Source of the DNA: Chloroflexota bacterium
GTDB taxonomy: Bacteria; Chloroflexota; UBA5177
Length of the DNA: 64,000 nucleotides
Assembly: GCA_051002135.1 (NCBI GenBank)
Contig: JBPCMQ010000009.1
Span: 14,628-78,627, forward strand
Direction: 5' to 3'
Below are positions 9,687-19,137 of this stretch, piece after piece (within the stretch, counting starts at the first letter, position 1; each line of letters opens with the position of its first letter). Both the position numbers and the translations under genes were made by a program. The notes beneath the pieces are model-generated. The model had not been told where the DNA came from. It made no database searches and saw only the letters and a program-made list of their open reading frames with translations.

Positions 9687-11012
9687 CTAGTGCTTGTAGT
9701 CCTTCTTAGCCTCGTTCTCGAGGCCGTTCAAAACCGAGTTGAGGCTGCCCGGGCTCTTGAACCACTTCTGAAGAGCGATGAACTCGTAGTTGCTTCCCAG
9801 TGCGGTCGGCATCAGGTCGGAGGCATCGCCTACCACGAGATTCGCTTTGCCGGCTTTGATCAGCAGCTGCGCGTTCGCTCGGGTCAACGCGTCGGGGTAG
9901 GCGCTCGACGGCGTGTTGTTGTTTGGCGAGATGAAACCGCCTCGCTTGGCCCATTGAGCCAGCGCCTTGGGATCGATGAGGCATTTCATCAGCGCGCGGG
10001 AGCCAGGCGTGTCCTTGAACAGGACCATGCCATTCGGCCCGACCTCGACCGGCTCGGTCCGCCGGGGCACGAGCTTGGGGAACGGGAATGCGCTGAAGTC
10101 TACCCCTGCCTTGGCCTTCGGCAGATCGCCGGCCAGGCCGGCCGCCACGAACGTCGCCTCCTGGAAGAATTCCGCCTGCGGGTCGTTGACCACCTGCACG
10201 GCTGCCTGGTCCCACGCCTGGCTCAGAGCGCGCTGGCGCCCCCCGGCAATCATGGCATCGTTCGCAATGATGGTGCTCAGCGTCTTGAACGCCTTCCTGA
10301 TGGGAGTGCTGGTCCACTTGATCTTGTGAGCAATCCACTCGTTGTAGACCTTCACACCGCTTTGTTGCAGGACGACGTTCTCGAGGAAGTCCGTGAGTGT
10401 CCACGGAGAGGAGGGCGAGCCACCCACGCCAAACGCCCAGGGATGCTTGCCCGCCTTGAGCATCTTCCTCGACAGCGCGATGAGCTGGTTCCACGTCTGG
10501 GGGATCGTGTACTTGCCGGCCTTGAACTTCTTCGGTGAGTACCAGACCAGCGACTTCACGTCCGCCTTCATGTAGATGGCGTAGAGCTTGCCGTTGACCG
10601 TCCCCAGGTTTCGCCAGAACGGGGAGTACTGACTCTTGAACTTGCTGTTCTCCAGGAACGTGAGCGGGTGCAATGAATTACCCGCCACGTATGGGGCGAT
10701 TGAGCCGGGAGTGGACAGGGCTGCAATGTCCGGCGGGTTACCGCCTTGAACACGCGTGGACAGCTCCGTCGCCAGGTCGCCGGAGGCCTGCTGGTACGTC
10801 GCCTTCGTGCCGTAGTGAGCGTCGCAATAACTCAGGATCGCCTGGAAGTCTGTCTTTTCTGCGCTGGCCCACCCAGAGAAGATCGTGACCGGCAAGCCGG
10901 CCTTCGCGTGGGAGTGCGAGCCGAGCGCGAAGGCCCGGCCGCCAACGGATGGAAGCAGCAACGCGCCTACTCCCAGGAAGGCCAAAAAACGCATCAATCG
11001 GGTTCGTGACAC
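9687..11012 (-). CDS. Extracellular sugar-binding protein (AglE/alpha-glucoside-like)
   Basis: Signal peptide; GGNPPDIA, KADVKSLVWYS, DASDLMP motifs; AGGAGG RBS. Confidence 0.9.
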   Translation of the reverse strand: MSRTRLMRFLAFLGVGALLLPSVGGRAFALGSHSHAKAGLPVTIFSGWASAEKTDFQAILSYCDAHYGTKATYQQASGDLATELSTRVQGGNPPDIAALSTPGSIAPYVAGNSLHPLTFLENSKFKSQYSPFWRNLGTVNGKLYAIYMKADVKSLVWYSPKKFKAGKYTIPQTWNQLIALSRKMLKAGKHPWAFGVGGSPSSPWTLTDFLENVVLQQSGVKVYNEWIAHKIKWTSTPIRKAFKTLSTIIANDAMIAGGRQRALSQAWDQAAVQVVNDPQAEFFQEATFVAAGLAGDLPKAKAGVDFSAFPFPKLVPRRTEPVEVGPNGMVLFKDTPGSRALMKCLIDPKALAQWAKRGGFISPNNNTPSSAYPDALTRANAQLLIKAGKANLVVGDASDLMPTALGSNYEFIALQKWFKSPGSLNSVLNGLENEAKKDYKH

Positions 11013-11419
11013 CGCGTCCTCCTATGTGTCGGTCTGCTTAACAGCTATGGGCACTTCCCTCGGAAAAAGCCTTTGCGGTAACACGCACCGGTGCTCCGAG
11101 GTTCCTCGTTTGTGGGATTGCCATGCCGCCGCGGACAGATCCGCGCTCCCCCCGACTTGGTCCCTGTCGTGTTTCCAACGTGTCGAGTCGCCAGATTTAC
11201 CAGTCGCTGCCTGGTGAATCCACGGGCAAATCGGGAATTACCGGAAGTGCCCGACCTATCACAAAAACCTGGCAGCGCTCATCCTCCTCCTGAGGAGATA
11301 GCAGTGTTCGTCTCCTCGCGCCGTTACCGCTACGTGTGCTCTTACTCCTCCTTCGGCGAGTGAGACCTCTCGTGGCCCCACCTCTTCCAGTGCTATCAAC
11401 ATACATTCGGCGGTTCTGA

Positions 11420-12382
11420 GTGTCAAATCCGGTCTCAGGCTCCGCCCCCTTGGCGATAATATCTGCTGTGGCTGATCACAACGCCCCCCTGATTTCCGTC
11501 ATCGTGCCGACGCGTAACCGGGCCGTGCTTCTTGCCCGGCTCCTCGACTCGCTGGCGGCCCTGCGCTATTCAAACTGGGAGGTACTTGTGGTCGACGACG
11601 GCTCGACCGACTACACCCCGAGTGTGGCACACAAGGCACACGCTCAAGGCGTTCCCGTGGTGTATCTCTATCAGCCATGGAGCAAGATGGGAGCGGCGAG
11701 GAATCGCGGCCTGGAGCTGGCGCAGGGCGAGATTGTCGCGTTCACCGACGACGACTGTACAGTCGATCCCGGATGGCTTGACGCCGTAAGCCGGGCCTGG
11801 GCTTCGGCGCCGGATGCCCTTGGGGTTCAGGGCAGGACCGTCACCATTAAGGCGGCTATGACGCCATTCACCCGTCAAGTGGAGCAGCTGGAGGCAGGGC
11901 AGCCATACCGCACGTGCAATATTGCTTACCGCGCGGACGTTCTGCGGGATCTGGGCGGATTCGACAGCGAGCTGATTCGAGGCGAAGACGTCGTCATGGG
12001 AATGCGCGTGCGGGAGCGCGGTGAGATCGCGTTTGCGCCGGACGCGGTGGTCGTTCATCCCCCACGCCCGAAACACTGGGCGAATCGCGACGACTGGCGC
12101 TTGCTGATAGAGAGCGAGCTGCACTTTCGCCGCACCTATCGGCGGTACAGTCCGGCCCGCTCGCAAGCACTATCGGTGCAACGCGTCGATCATGTCGTCT
12201 CCCGCTGGGTGCTGCTTCCGATTCGGCGCTATTGGCGATGGCACTTCGCGTACCTGCGCCGGAACCCACGCGACTATGTGCGCCATGTGCCGTTGATGGT
12301 GCGAGAGAAGCTCGCCCTGCTGTCCGTGTTGCCGTTCTTTGTGCGGCGGTGGCGCGCGATGTCGCGCGAAACGCCTGAATGA
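11420..12382 (+). CDS. Glycosyltransferase family 2
   Basis: SVIVPTRNR, VVDDGSTD, ARNRG, FTDDD, GED. Confidence 0.9.
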   Translation: MSNPVSGSAPLAIISAVADHNAPLISVIVPTRNRAVLLARLLDSLAALRYSNWEVLVVDDGSTDYTPSVAHKAHAQGVPVVYLYQPWSKMGAARNRGLELAQGEIVAFTDDDCTVDPGWLDAVSRAWASAPDALGVQGRTVTIKAAMTPFTRQVEQLEAGQPYRTCNIAYRADVLRDLGGFDSELIRGEDVVMGMRVRERGEIAFAPDAVVVHPPRPKHWANRDDWRLLIESELHFRRTYRRYSPARSQALSVQRVDHVVSRWVLLPIRRYWRWHFAYLRRNPRDYVRHVPLMVREKLALLSVLPFFVRRWRAMSRETPE

Positions 12383-13242
12383 GCGTTTCGGTTGTTGTCG
12401 TCACAAGACGGAGGCGACAGCTTCTTGCGGCGCTGCTGGCCTCGCTGCGCAAACAGACCCACCCCTGTCAGCAGGTGCTCGTCGTGGATCATGCGGCGGA
12501 GAGGGATGTAGAGGATCTCACGCTCGCGTGCGGCGTTGACTACGTGTGCGCCGCCGGGCTATCCCTGGGGGCGGCGCGTCAGGTTGGCGTAGAGAAGGCA
12601 ACCGGAGAATTCATCGCTTTCATCGACGACGACTGCATCCCCGACTCGGATTGGCTCGAAGAGTTGACCCGTCCATTACTTCTCACTTCGAAACCCCTTG
12701 GGGTGCAGGGGATGACCGTGCCGGAACCGGGTCCCATCGGCTCCCACGCGATACACGTGACGCGGCCCGATGGGCTCTTCCGCACCTGCAATATCGCGTA
12801 TCGCCGGTCCGCGATCGAGGCCGCCGGTGGATTCGATACGCGTTTTCACGGATGGTTTGAGGACGCCGCCTTGGCGGCACGTGTTCTGCGATTTGGTCCT
12901 ATCGGATGGCAAGCTCAAGCCAGGGTGATGCACCGAGCGATGCCTCGCCGCGCCGTCACCCGCCAACGGTGGGGCGTCCTGCTGCGCGACGAGCGGCTTT
13001 TGGCGACGGATTATCGCACCTACTACCGGCGCTATCGCGGGCCCGGGTTCCTCGTCACCGTCATTGCGCGCTGGCTGCTTGGCTCACCGGCGAAGACGCT
13101 GTGGAGGGAACTTCCCCGTGCACGAGATGATGCCTTCGCATACGCCCGCCTCGCGTGTCTGCTGGTCTTGGAACGCTGGAACCTTCTGAAAGCACTAGGG
13201 GACCTGGTTGTCGAGGATCGGATTGGCCATGGACGACGATGA
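12379..13242 (+). CDS. Glycosyltransferase family 2 (paralog of the upstream gene)
   Basis: FIDDDC, GVQGxTV and RTCNIAYR shared with 11420..12382; ATGA overlap. Confidence 0.88.
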   Translation: MSVSVVVVTRRRRQLLAALLASLRKQTHPCQQVLVVDHAAERDVEDLTLACGVDYVCAAGLSLGAARQVGVEKATGEFIAFIDDDCIPDSDWLEELTRPLLLTSKPLGVQGMTVPEPGPIGSHAIHVTRPDGLFRTCNIAYRRSAIEAAGGFDTRFHGWFEDAALAARVLRFGPIGWQAQARVMHRAMPRRAVTRQRWGVLLRDERLLATDYRTYYRRYRGPGFLVTVIARWLLGSPAKTLWRELPRARDDAFAYARLACLLVLERWNLLKALGDLVVEDRIGHGRR

Positions 13243-13366
13243 ATCAGTCACGCGTCCTCGTCCGCGATGGAAAACGGGACGAGGAGCAACTGCGGCGTCA
13301 AGCGAGGAGTAGATACGAACCCCCAGGTTTTGGCACACGTTTCGAGGGGACGGAGCTAGCTCCTCT

Positions 13367-13654
13367 TCAGGAGGGCCGATTTTGATATTTGTGCCTGGCG
13401 TCGTCGGCGGTACATGACAGAACGACTTCTCGTCCGGCATGGACCGCGTCAATGGCAGCGACGGGCACACAGAGGTGCGAGTCGCCGATGCCGAGGAACC
13501 CACCATGATCTATTTGCATGAACATGCTCGCGGGCGACTGCGGGGAAACGTTCGGGTTTTCGACGACCTCATTGATCACGCCGATCTTGGTGCCGTCCGA
13601 TCCGACAACCGACAAACCGGGACTCAGCTCGCCGACGCTAACGGTGCTGGACAT
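13367..13654 (-). CDS. PRC-barrel/DUF2171-like small protein
   Basis: GLSVVGSDGTKIGVINEV...GGFLGIG...VPVAAI PRC-barrel pattern; purine-rich RBS. Confidence 0.75.
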   Translation of the reverse strand: MSSTVSVGELSPGLSVVGSDGTKIGVINEVVENPNVSPQSPASMFMQIDHGGFLGIGDSHLCVPVAAIDAVHAGREVVLSCTADDARHKYQNRPS

Positions 13655-13775
13655 CCTCTTCTCCCTTCGCAAGATCCAACTTGCTGTAAATTATATTGCA
13701 ATGAGATATAAGCATGAAGTGTGCCGCTTGCTTCCGCACGACCCCTGGTCCACGCTTGAGTAGACAGTAACTTCA

Positions 13776-13808
13776 AAATGGAAAGGGCGCCGGCTCCCCC
13801 GCGCCCCG
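13776..13808 (-). terminator. Intrinsic terminator after the small-peptide operon
   Basis: Minus strand GGGCGC...GCGCCC hairpin followed by TTTCCATTTT, about 25 bp after the 13834 stop. Confidence 0.55.
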
Positions 13809-13833
13809 TAGGCTTGTCTTCTATCCAGCTGAG

Positions 13834-14064
13834 CTAGAAGAGATGAGCGTACACGTGGAGGGCCCACAAGGCCACCACGAGCAGGACAAGGACGACCACC
13901 GACCAGACGACCGTCTGGATGAGCTGGCTGGCGGCGAACGCATTCCCGACCGGATCGTCGGCGACCACGGTGCGCGTCGTGGGACGCTCGACGACCCGCT
14001 CGGTCGGCGCGGTTTCCACGGTGTCCACAGGGTCGTTCGTTACTACTCTTCGCTCTTCGGTCAT
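13834..14064 (-). CDS. Small single-TM membrane protein (76 aa), HxxxHLF paralog 3
   Basis: AAGGAG RBS; LIQTVVWSVVVLVLLVVALWALHVYAHLF. Confidence 0.8.
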   Translation of the reverse strand: MTEERRVVTNDPVDTVETAPTERVVERPTTRTVVADDPVGNAFAASQLIQTVVWSVVVLVLLVVALWALHVYAHLF

Positions 14065-14075
14065 GAGGCACTCCT

Positions 14076-14204
14076 TTAAAACAGATGCATGATTCCATGC
14101 AGGATGACAAGCAGGGCGATGATGATAATGAGAATCCCGATGAAAAACGTCATCATCATCGTCATGCTGGAACCGCCGCTGGTCCGTTCTTCAATCACTG
14201 GCAT
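14076..14204 (-). CDS. Small single-TM membrane protein (42 aa), HxxxHLF paralog 2
   Basis: GAGAGG RBS; MPVIEERTSGGSSMTMMMTFFIGILIIIIALLVILHGIMHLF. Confidence 0.7.
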   Translation of the reverse strand: MPVIEERTSGGSSMTMMMTFFIGILIIIIALLVILHGIMHLF

Positions 14205-14218
14205 CGCTCGCGACCTCT

Positions 14219-14371
14219 CTAAAACAGGTGAACGTACACGTGCAGCGCGTAGAGCGCCACGGCGAGAAGCACAAGTACGACTACCGACCAAACGATTGTC
14301 TGAATGAGATTCGCCGCCCCCGTCGCGGCGCTCGCTCCTTCATCAGTACGGACGATTCGCTCTTCCGGCAT
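14219..14371 (-). CDS. Small single-TM membrane protein (50 aa), HxxxHLF paralog 1
   Basis: GAGGAGG RBS before ATG at 14371; MPEERIVRTDEGASAATGAANLIQTIVWSVVVLVLLAVALYALHVYVHLF. Confidence 0.8.
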   Translation of the reverse strand: MPEERIVRTDEGASAATGAANLIQTIVWSVVVLVLLAVALYALHVYVHLF

Positions 14372-14578
14372 GAGAGTCCTCCTCGGTGTCATCACGGTCC
14401 GCGGTCCCGTCGCGGGCAACGGCCTCCACCTCGACATCCCCGGCTCGAGACGGAAGTTGTGCAGATAGGTTTGTAAAGCTGCTACGACGATCTCGTTCAT
14501 GCCGCAGTTCTCAACCGCGGCCCTGACGCGAAGCTTCAGGTGGAGAGTCGGGGTCAGCTCGACAGTTGTCTTTGCCAT
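14343..14578 (-). CDS. Ribbon-helix-helix (CopG/ParG-like) DNA-binding protein, probably frameshifted
   Basis: MAKTTVELTPTLHLKLRVRAAVENCGMNEIVVAALQTYL fits the RHH pattern; GGAGAGG RBS. Adding one G to the G4 run near 14440 gives an acidic tail ending at TGA 14343-14345. Confidence 0.65.
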
Positions 14579-14701
14579 TGGCCCTCTCCATTCTGTCCGT
14601 ATTCACGGAGGTCTCATTTCTCTGTAGCTCCGTCATGCCGTGTCTACCACGCAAGGAATGTGCCAGGCTGCACGATCCGTCTTCGCTTAGTAGCATGTAT
14701 T

Positions 14702-14887
14702 GTGGACTCATGGGCGCTCCCTGACAAGACCAAGGTTTCGCCGGAGCTCGTGGTGGAGAGGCGGAACCAAGGGGCGGCGTGGTTGGAAATTCAGCGAGAA
14801 TTCTCGCTCACGCGGCAGCAAGCTCGCTACGCCTATCAGCTCGGCAAGCGAGCCGAGCGCCGAGCAGGCCGGGTTCGGTCCACTTAA
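14702..14887 (+). CDS. Small HTH-like hypothetical protein
   Basis: VVERRNQGAAWLEIQREFSLTRQQARYAY resembles an HTH; start uncertain. Confidence 0.5.
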   Translation: MDSWALPDKTKVSPELVVERRNQGAAWLEIQREFSLTRQQARYAYQLGKRAERRAGRVRST

Positions 14888-14924
14888 TTTCCGCCTAATT
14901 GGCGCCTAATCCTCCACTAATTGC
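14881..14924. repeat. Four phased 11-bp direct repeats with TAAT core
   Basis: TAAT begins at 14885, 14896, 14907 and 14918. Confidence 0.6.
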
Positions 14925-14977
14925 TGCCTGCTATGGTCTCGCCATACGGTAATCGCCAAGCCAAGTGGGAGGGTACG

Positions 14978-15160
14978 TTGAACCAAGCAAAGTGTGGGAA
15001 GTGTGGGGGCAAGCTCGTACTCGAGTCGTATCCTTTGGAAGAGATGCTGGTACGCAAGTGCTTCGTCTGCGGCAAGATCGACAATTATCAAGAGCTGAGT
15101 CGTGAGGAATCACGCCGCCTGTTCAGGCGCGTGGACGGGCCTCTCCCGCGCGCGTCATAG
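14978..15160 (+). CDS. Small zinc-ribbon protein
   Basis: GGGAGG RBS then TTG; CGKCGG...CFVCG. Confidence 0.7.
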   Translation: MNQAKCGKCGGKLVLESYPLEEMLVRKCFVCGKIDNYQELSREESRRLFRRVDGPLPRAS

Positions 15161-15179
15161 GGAACCCGGGAGACGCCGG

Positions 15180-16793
15180 TTAGTGCCCGGGAGATAGCGC
15201 GGGAGCCTCGAGGTCTATGGCCTGCTCCCCCGTCCCTCGCTCTCCGCCTGTCATGAGCAGACCGATTCGATCCTCCGTGGCCTCGTGGGCATCGAGGATC
15301 GCAACGATTCCACCCTCGTAGATCACGGCAATGCGATCGGCGAGTGCCAAAACCTCGTCCAGCTCGGCCGAGACGAGCAAGATAGCAGCGCGGGTATCTC
15401 GCTTCTGCAGCAGCCGCTCATGAACGAATTGCGCGGCTCCAATGTCGAGACCGCGCGTGGGCTGCGAGGCAATCAAGAGAGCGGGATCTTCCGAGAACTC
15501 GCGTGCCAGCACGACCTTTTGCTGGTTACCCCCGCTGAGATTGCCGGCCGGCACCTCCGTACTTCTGGGGCGCACGTCGAACTGATTGACGAGCTGTCTG
15601 GCCCAGCTCTTGATCCGCCGAAAGTCGAGCAAGCCCGCGTGTGAGAAGGGCCGCCGGTCCTGCTGTCCCAGGATCAGGTTGTCGGCTACCGAGTACGCAA
15701 GCACAAGTCCACGTTCGCGTCGGTCCTCCGGGACGTACGATACACCCGAGGCGCGCACCCGAGCCGGCGGCGTTCGAGGGTTGATCGATCCTCCCGAGCC
15801 TTTCTTGCCGGCCCCAAACAGAATGTCGCGACCCTTGACTGTCGCCCTGCCGGCAGTAGCGCGTCGAAGTCCGGTCAAAGCCTCGATCAACTCGGTCTGA
15901 CCGTTGCCCTCCACCCCTGCCAGCCCCAGAATCTCTCCCGCATGGACCTGAAAGCTGATGCCCAGTACGGCGCGCAATCCACGGTCCGATTCCACGTGGA
16001 TGTTTCTTGCGTCGAGGACCGTGTCGCCTACATTGGTCGCGGGTCGATGTACCTCGGGCAGCACCTCGCGGCCGATCATCCTGCTCGCAATCTCTCGGAG
16101 AGACGTGTCCCGGGTTGTGAGATGGCCAACGACCTTGCCCGCCCGCAGCACCGTGACCTCGTCCGACAGCTCCATGACCTCTTTGAGCTTGTGGGTGATG
16201 AAGATGATGGTGCGACCCTGCTTCGCCAAACCCCGCAGAACCACGAACAGCTCGCGGGTTTCCCGCGGCGTCAGGACCGCCGTGGGTTCGTCGAAGATGA
16301 GGATCTCCGATCCCCAGTACAGAATCTTCAAGATCTCCACCCGCTGCTGTAAGCCAACCGAGAGTGATCCGACTCGTGCATCCGGGTCGAGCTTCAGGCC
16401 ATAGGCGTGAGACATGTCGCCGACGGAGCGGCGCGCCGCGGCCCGGTCAAACAGAAGGCCGCGCGGCTCATGCCCGAGAACGACATTTTCGGCGACGGTA
16501 AGCTTGGGGATCAACATGAAGTGCTGGTGCACCATGCCGATACCCTGCTCGATGGCGTTGCGGGGAGACCGGAAGCGCACGGGCCGGCCTTTGAGGAGGA
16601 TCTGGCCCTCATCAGGCTGCAGAAGGCCGGACAGCATGTTCATGAGGGTCGACTTGCCTGCTCCGTTTTCGCCTACCAGGGCGAGGACCTCACTTCCGTA
16701 CGCTTGCAGCGATACGTGGTCGTTCGCCACCAGCGTTCCGAATCGCTTGACGATGTCGAGCGCGGCAATGGATGGTCCTCGCTCCGTATTCAT
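15180..16793 (-). CDS. Nucleoside/sugar ABC transporter ATP-binding protein (NupA/YufO-like, two ABC domains)
   Basis: GENGAGKST, GMVHQHF, LSGGNQQK, QPTRGLD. Confidence 0.95.
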   Translation of the reverse strand: MNTERGPSIAALDIVKRFGTLVANDHVSLQAYGSEVLALVGENGAGKSTLMNMLSGLLQPDEGQILLKGRPVRFRSPRNAIEQGIGMVHQHFMLIPKLTVAENVVLGHEPRGLLFDRAAARRSVGDMSHAYGLKLDPDARVGSLSVGLQQRVEILKILYWGSEILIFDEPTAVLTPRETRELFVVLRGLAKQGRTIIFITHKLKEVMELSDEVTVLRAGKVVGHLTTRDTSLREIASRMIGREVLPEVHRPATNVGDTVLDARNIHVESDRGLRAVLGISFQVHAGEILGLAGVEGNGQTELIEALTGLRRATAGRATVKGRDILFGAGKKGSGGSINPRTPPARVRASGVSYVPEDRRERGLVLAYSVADNLILGQQDRRPFSHAGLLDFRRIKSWARQLVNQFDVRPRSTEVPAGNLSGGNQQKVVLAREFSEDPALLIASQPTRGLDIGAAQFVHERLLQKRDTRAAILLVSAELDEVLALADRIAVIYEGGIVAILDAHEATEDRIGLLMTGGERGTGEQAIDLEAPALSPGH

Positions 16794-16799
16794 GATGAG

Positions 16800-17804
16800 C
16801 TATCCGGCTTCCGCCGGATCGTAGGGTAAGCCATCCGCGGCCGGCGGAATGGCGCGACCGATGAAGCCCGCCAGGGCGACAATCGTGACGACATACGGGA
16901 GGGTGGAAATGAGATTTGGCGAAACCTGAAACGAGCCGATGACGACGTTCTGCAGGCTGTAGCCGAGCTGCGAGCCGAAGCCGAACAGCAGACACGCGCC
17001 AAAGGCCCCAAACGGCGTCCACTTGCCAAAGATCATGGCGGCGAGGGCGATGAAACCCCGGCCGGCCGTCATGTTGTCGGAGAAACCGTATGCCACCGCC
17101 AGGGAGAGATAGCCGCCCGCGAGACCGGAGAGCATCCCGGACAGAATGACGGAAAGGTAGCGCAAGCGCTGGACGTTGATTCCAGCCGTATCCGCCGCAC
17201 GCGGGTGCTCACCCACCGCTCGGATCCGCAGGCCCAGCGTGGTTCGGAAAAGCAAGAAGTGGGTGAGCACGACGATCAGCAGCATCAGGTATACGAGCGG
17301 ATTCTGTTGAAAGAGGACGCTTCCAAGCGCCGGAATCTGGTCGAGATGAAACACGGACACCGTCCAATCGGGAATGGTGCGGAGCTGTCCCTTGGTGCAC
17401 GGGGTGGGAGGCAAACAGGTGGTCAACGAGTTCGAGGAGTACTTCTGAAAAAGGAGAAAGCTGGTCAGCCCGAGAGCCACCAAATTCACGGCCATGCCGA
17501 CGACGATTTGATCGGCCCTGAGTCGAATCGCCGCAAAGGCGTGGAACGATGCCATGATGCCGCCGGTGACTATGGCGGCGAGCAAGCCAACGGCGACATT
17601 GCTGAAGAGCAGCGTGAAGACGAAGCCAAAAAATGCGCCCGTCAGCATCATGCCCTCCATGGCAATGTTGACGACGCCGGAGCGCTCAGAAATGACGCCT
17701 CCCATGGCGGCGAGGGCAAGGGGTGTCGCTTCCCGCAGGGTCCCGGACCAGAGGTTGGGATCCGACAGGATGGTCCACAGCTGCGTGGTCGTGAGCCAAT
17801 TCAT
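16800..17804 (-). CDS. Nucleoside ABC transporter permease (NupC/YufQ-like)
   Basis: SERSGVVNIAMEG, GEHPRAADTAGINV, GRGFIALAAMIFGKW. Confidence 0.93.
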   Translation of the reverse strand: MNWLTTTQLWTILSDPNLWSGTLREATPLALAAMGGVISERSGVVNIAMEGMMLTGAFFGFVFTLLFSNVAVGLLAAIVTGGIMASFHAFAAIRLRADQIVVGMAVNLVALGLTSFLLFQKYSSNSLTTCLPPTPCTKGQLRTIPDWTVSVFHLDQIPALGSVLFQQNPLVYLMLLIVVLTHFLLFRTTLGLRIRAVGEHPRAADTAGINVQRLRYLSVILSGMLSGLAGGYLSLAVAYGFSDNMTAGRGFIALAAMIFGKWTPFGAFGACLLFGFGSQLGYSLQNVVIGSFQVSPNLISTLPYVVTIVALAGFIGRAIPPAADGLPYDPAEAG

Positions 17805-19000
17805 GCTGCCGCCTTCTCCTGATACGCCGGAAGGCGGATCATACCCTTGCGGGACAGATAGCGGACGATGGCGTCGGCGCCGATGAAGAAGATGATCAGC
17901 CCCTGCACCACGTCCGTCAAGTGCGACGAGATTCCCGCGGTCGCCTCCATCAGGTTGGCGCCGTGCTCGAGAGCGCCGAAGAGCATTGCGGCCGCAATGG
18001 TGCCCACCGCCGTGTTTTTGCCCAGAAGTGCCACCGCTATGGCGTCGAAACCGTACCCGGGAGAGAAGCTGTCAGAGAGCTCGTAGGGATAGACGCCGTA
18101 GATTGCCACCATCCCGGCCAGACCGGAGAAGACCCCGGCGATGATCATGGCGCCGGCGACGTGCCAGCCTACGTGAATGCCGGCGTATGATGCTGACTTG
18201 GGACTGAGGCCCACGGCGCGGATGCGATAGCCGAGGGTCGTGCGCCACAGCACGAACCAGAAGACGACGCCCATGACCAAGGCGATGATCAGTCCGGCGT
18301 GAAGGCGCCCTCCCGGCACCAAGCTGTCGGGAACGATCACGGACAGATGCGCATTCATCGGCGGCGTCACCGGATTCCCGATCTGCACGTGTTGCTCCAT
18401 GGGCCCCGGCTGCCCGCTCGGTCCCGACTCGAGCAAATAATGACTCAGGTTGATCGCAATGTAGTTCAACATAATGGTCGTGATGACCTCGTGTGCTCCC
18501 CGCCAGGCCTTGAGTATTCCAGCGATTCCCGCCCACACCGCACCCCCAAGTGCCCCTGCCAAGAGTGCGAGCGGGATCAGGAGGATGGCCGGCGCATTTA
18601 GGGTGTAGCCCACCCAGGCCGAGAGAATGGCTCCTATGAAAATCTGCCCCTCGGCCCCGATGTTGAACAGGCCGGCGCGGAATGAAAACGCCACCGCCAT
18701 GCCCGCGAGCATCAGCGGCACGGCTGCCAGCAACGTCTCGGAAATGGCATACCGGCTCCCGAACGATCCCTGAAACAGCTGCCAGTATGCGTTGATGGGA
18801 TTCGACCCAGCCGCCAGGACGACGACCGCCCCAATGACGAGGGCCAGGGCGACGGACAGAATGGGCACCCAGACGCCGGACGCCCACTCATACGTGAAGC
18901 GCCGCTCGATGCTGTCTTCGGCGCCCAAACCCACGGCCTCGCTCCTCTTTTTTGCTGCTTCAGTGTATAAGGAGGGACGCACGGCACGTGGGCGCCGCAA
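17801..19000 (-). CDS. Nucleoside ABC transporter permease (NupB/YufP-like)
   Basis: GLFNIGAEGQ, HEVITTIMLNY, GYGFDAIAVALLG; exact start uncertain. Confidence 0.93.
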   Translation of the reverse strand: MRRPRAVRPSLYTEAAKKRSEAVGLGAEDSIERRFTYEWASGVWVPILSVALALVIGAVVVLAAGSNPINAYWQLFQGSFGSRYAISETLLAAVPLMLAGMAVAFSFRAGLFNIGAEGQIFIGAILSAWVGYTLNAPAILLIPLALLAGALGGAVWAGIAGILKAWRGAHEVITTIMLNYIAINLSHYLLESGPSGQPGPMEQHVQIGNPVTPPMNAHLSVIVPDSLVPGGRLHAGLIIALVMGVVFWFVLWRTTLGYRIRAVGLSPKSASYAGIHVGWHVAGAMIIAGVFSGLAGMVAIYGVYPYELSDSFSPGYGFDAIAVALLGKNTAVGTIAAAMLFGALEHGANLMEATAGISSHLTDVVQGLIIFFIGADAIVRYLSRKGMIRLPAYQEKAAA

Positions 19001-19137
19001 GTCCCAGGGTACGACGTGACCCGTTCCCGAATATCGTCCGTCTTGGGACAGGTGCTAGGCTTTACGTGATCCCAGCGTCGTGGACACTATCGTGCAGGAC
19101 GGAGCAGCCGGCCGCAGTGCCGATGGAGGCGTCAGAG

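Noticed and set aside
11013-11419. Riboswitch or ncRNA in the long intergenic region
   Set aside because: Hairpins such as GGGCA...TGCCC exist, but I could not match a known family; an Infernal/Rfam scan is needed.
13834-14371. Light-harvesting alpha/beta polypeptides
   Set aside because: Size and TM His are reminiscent, but the Ala(-4)/His spacing and downstream Trp are absent and no photosynthesis genes are in the window.
14219-14578. 119-aa RHH-TM fusion protein as given in the ORF track
   Set aside because: An internal GAGGAGG RBS with ATG at 14371, and a more natural acidic tail after a 1-bp correction, favour two genes.
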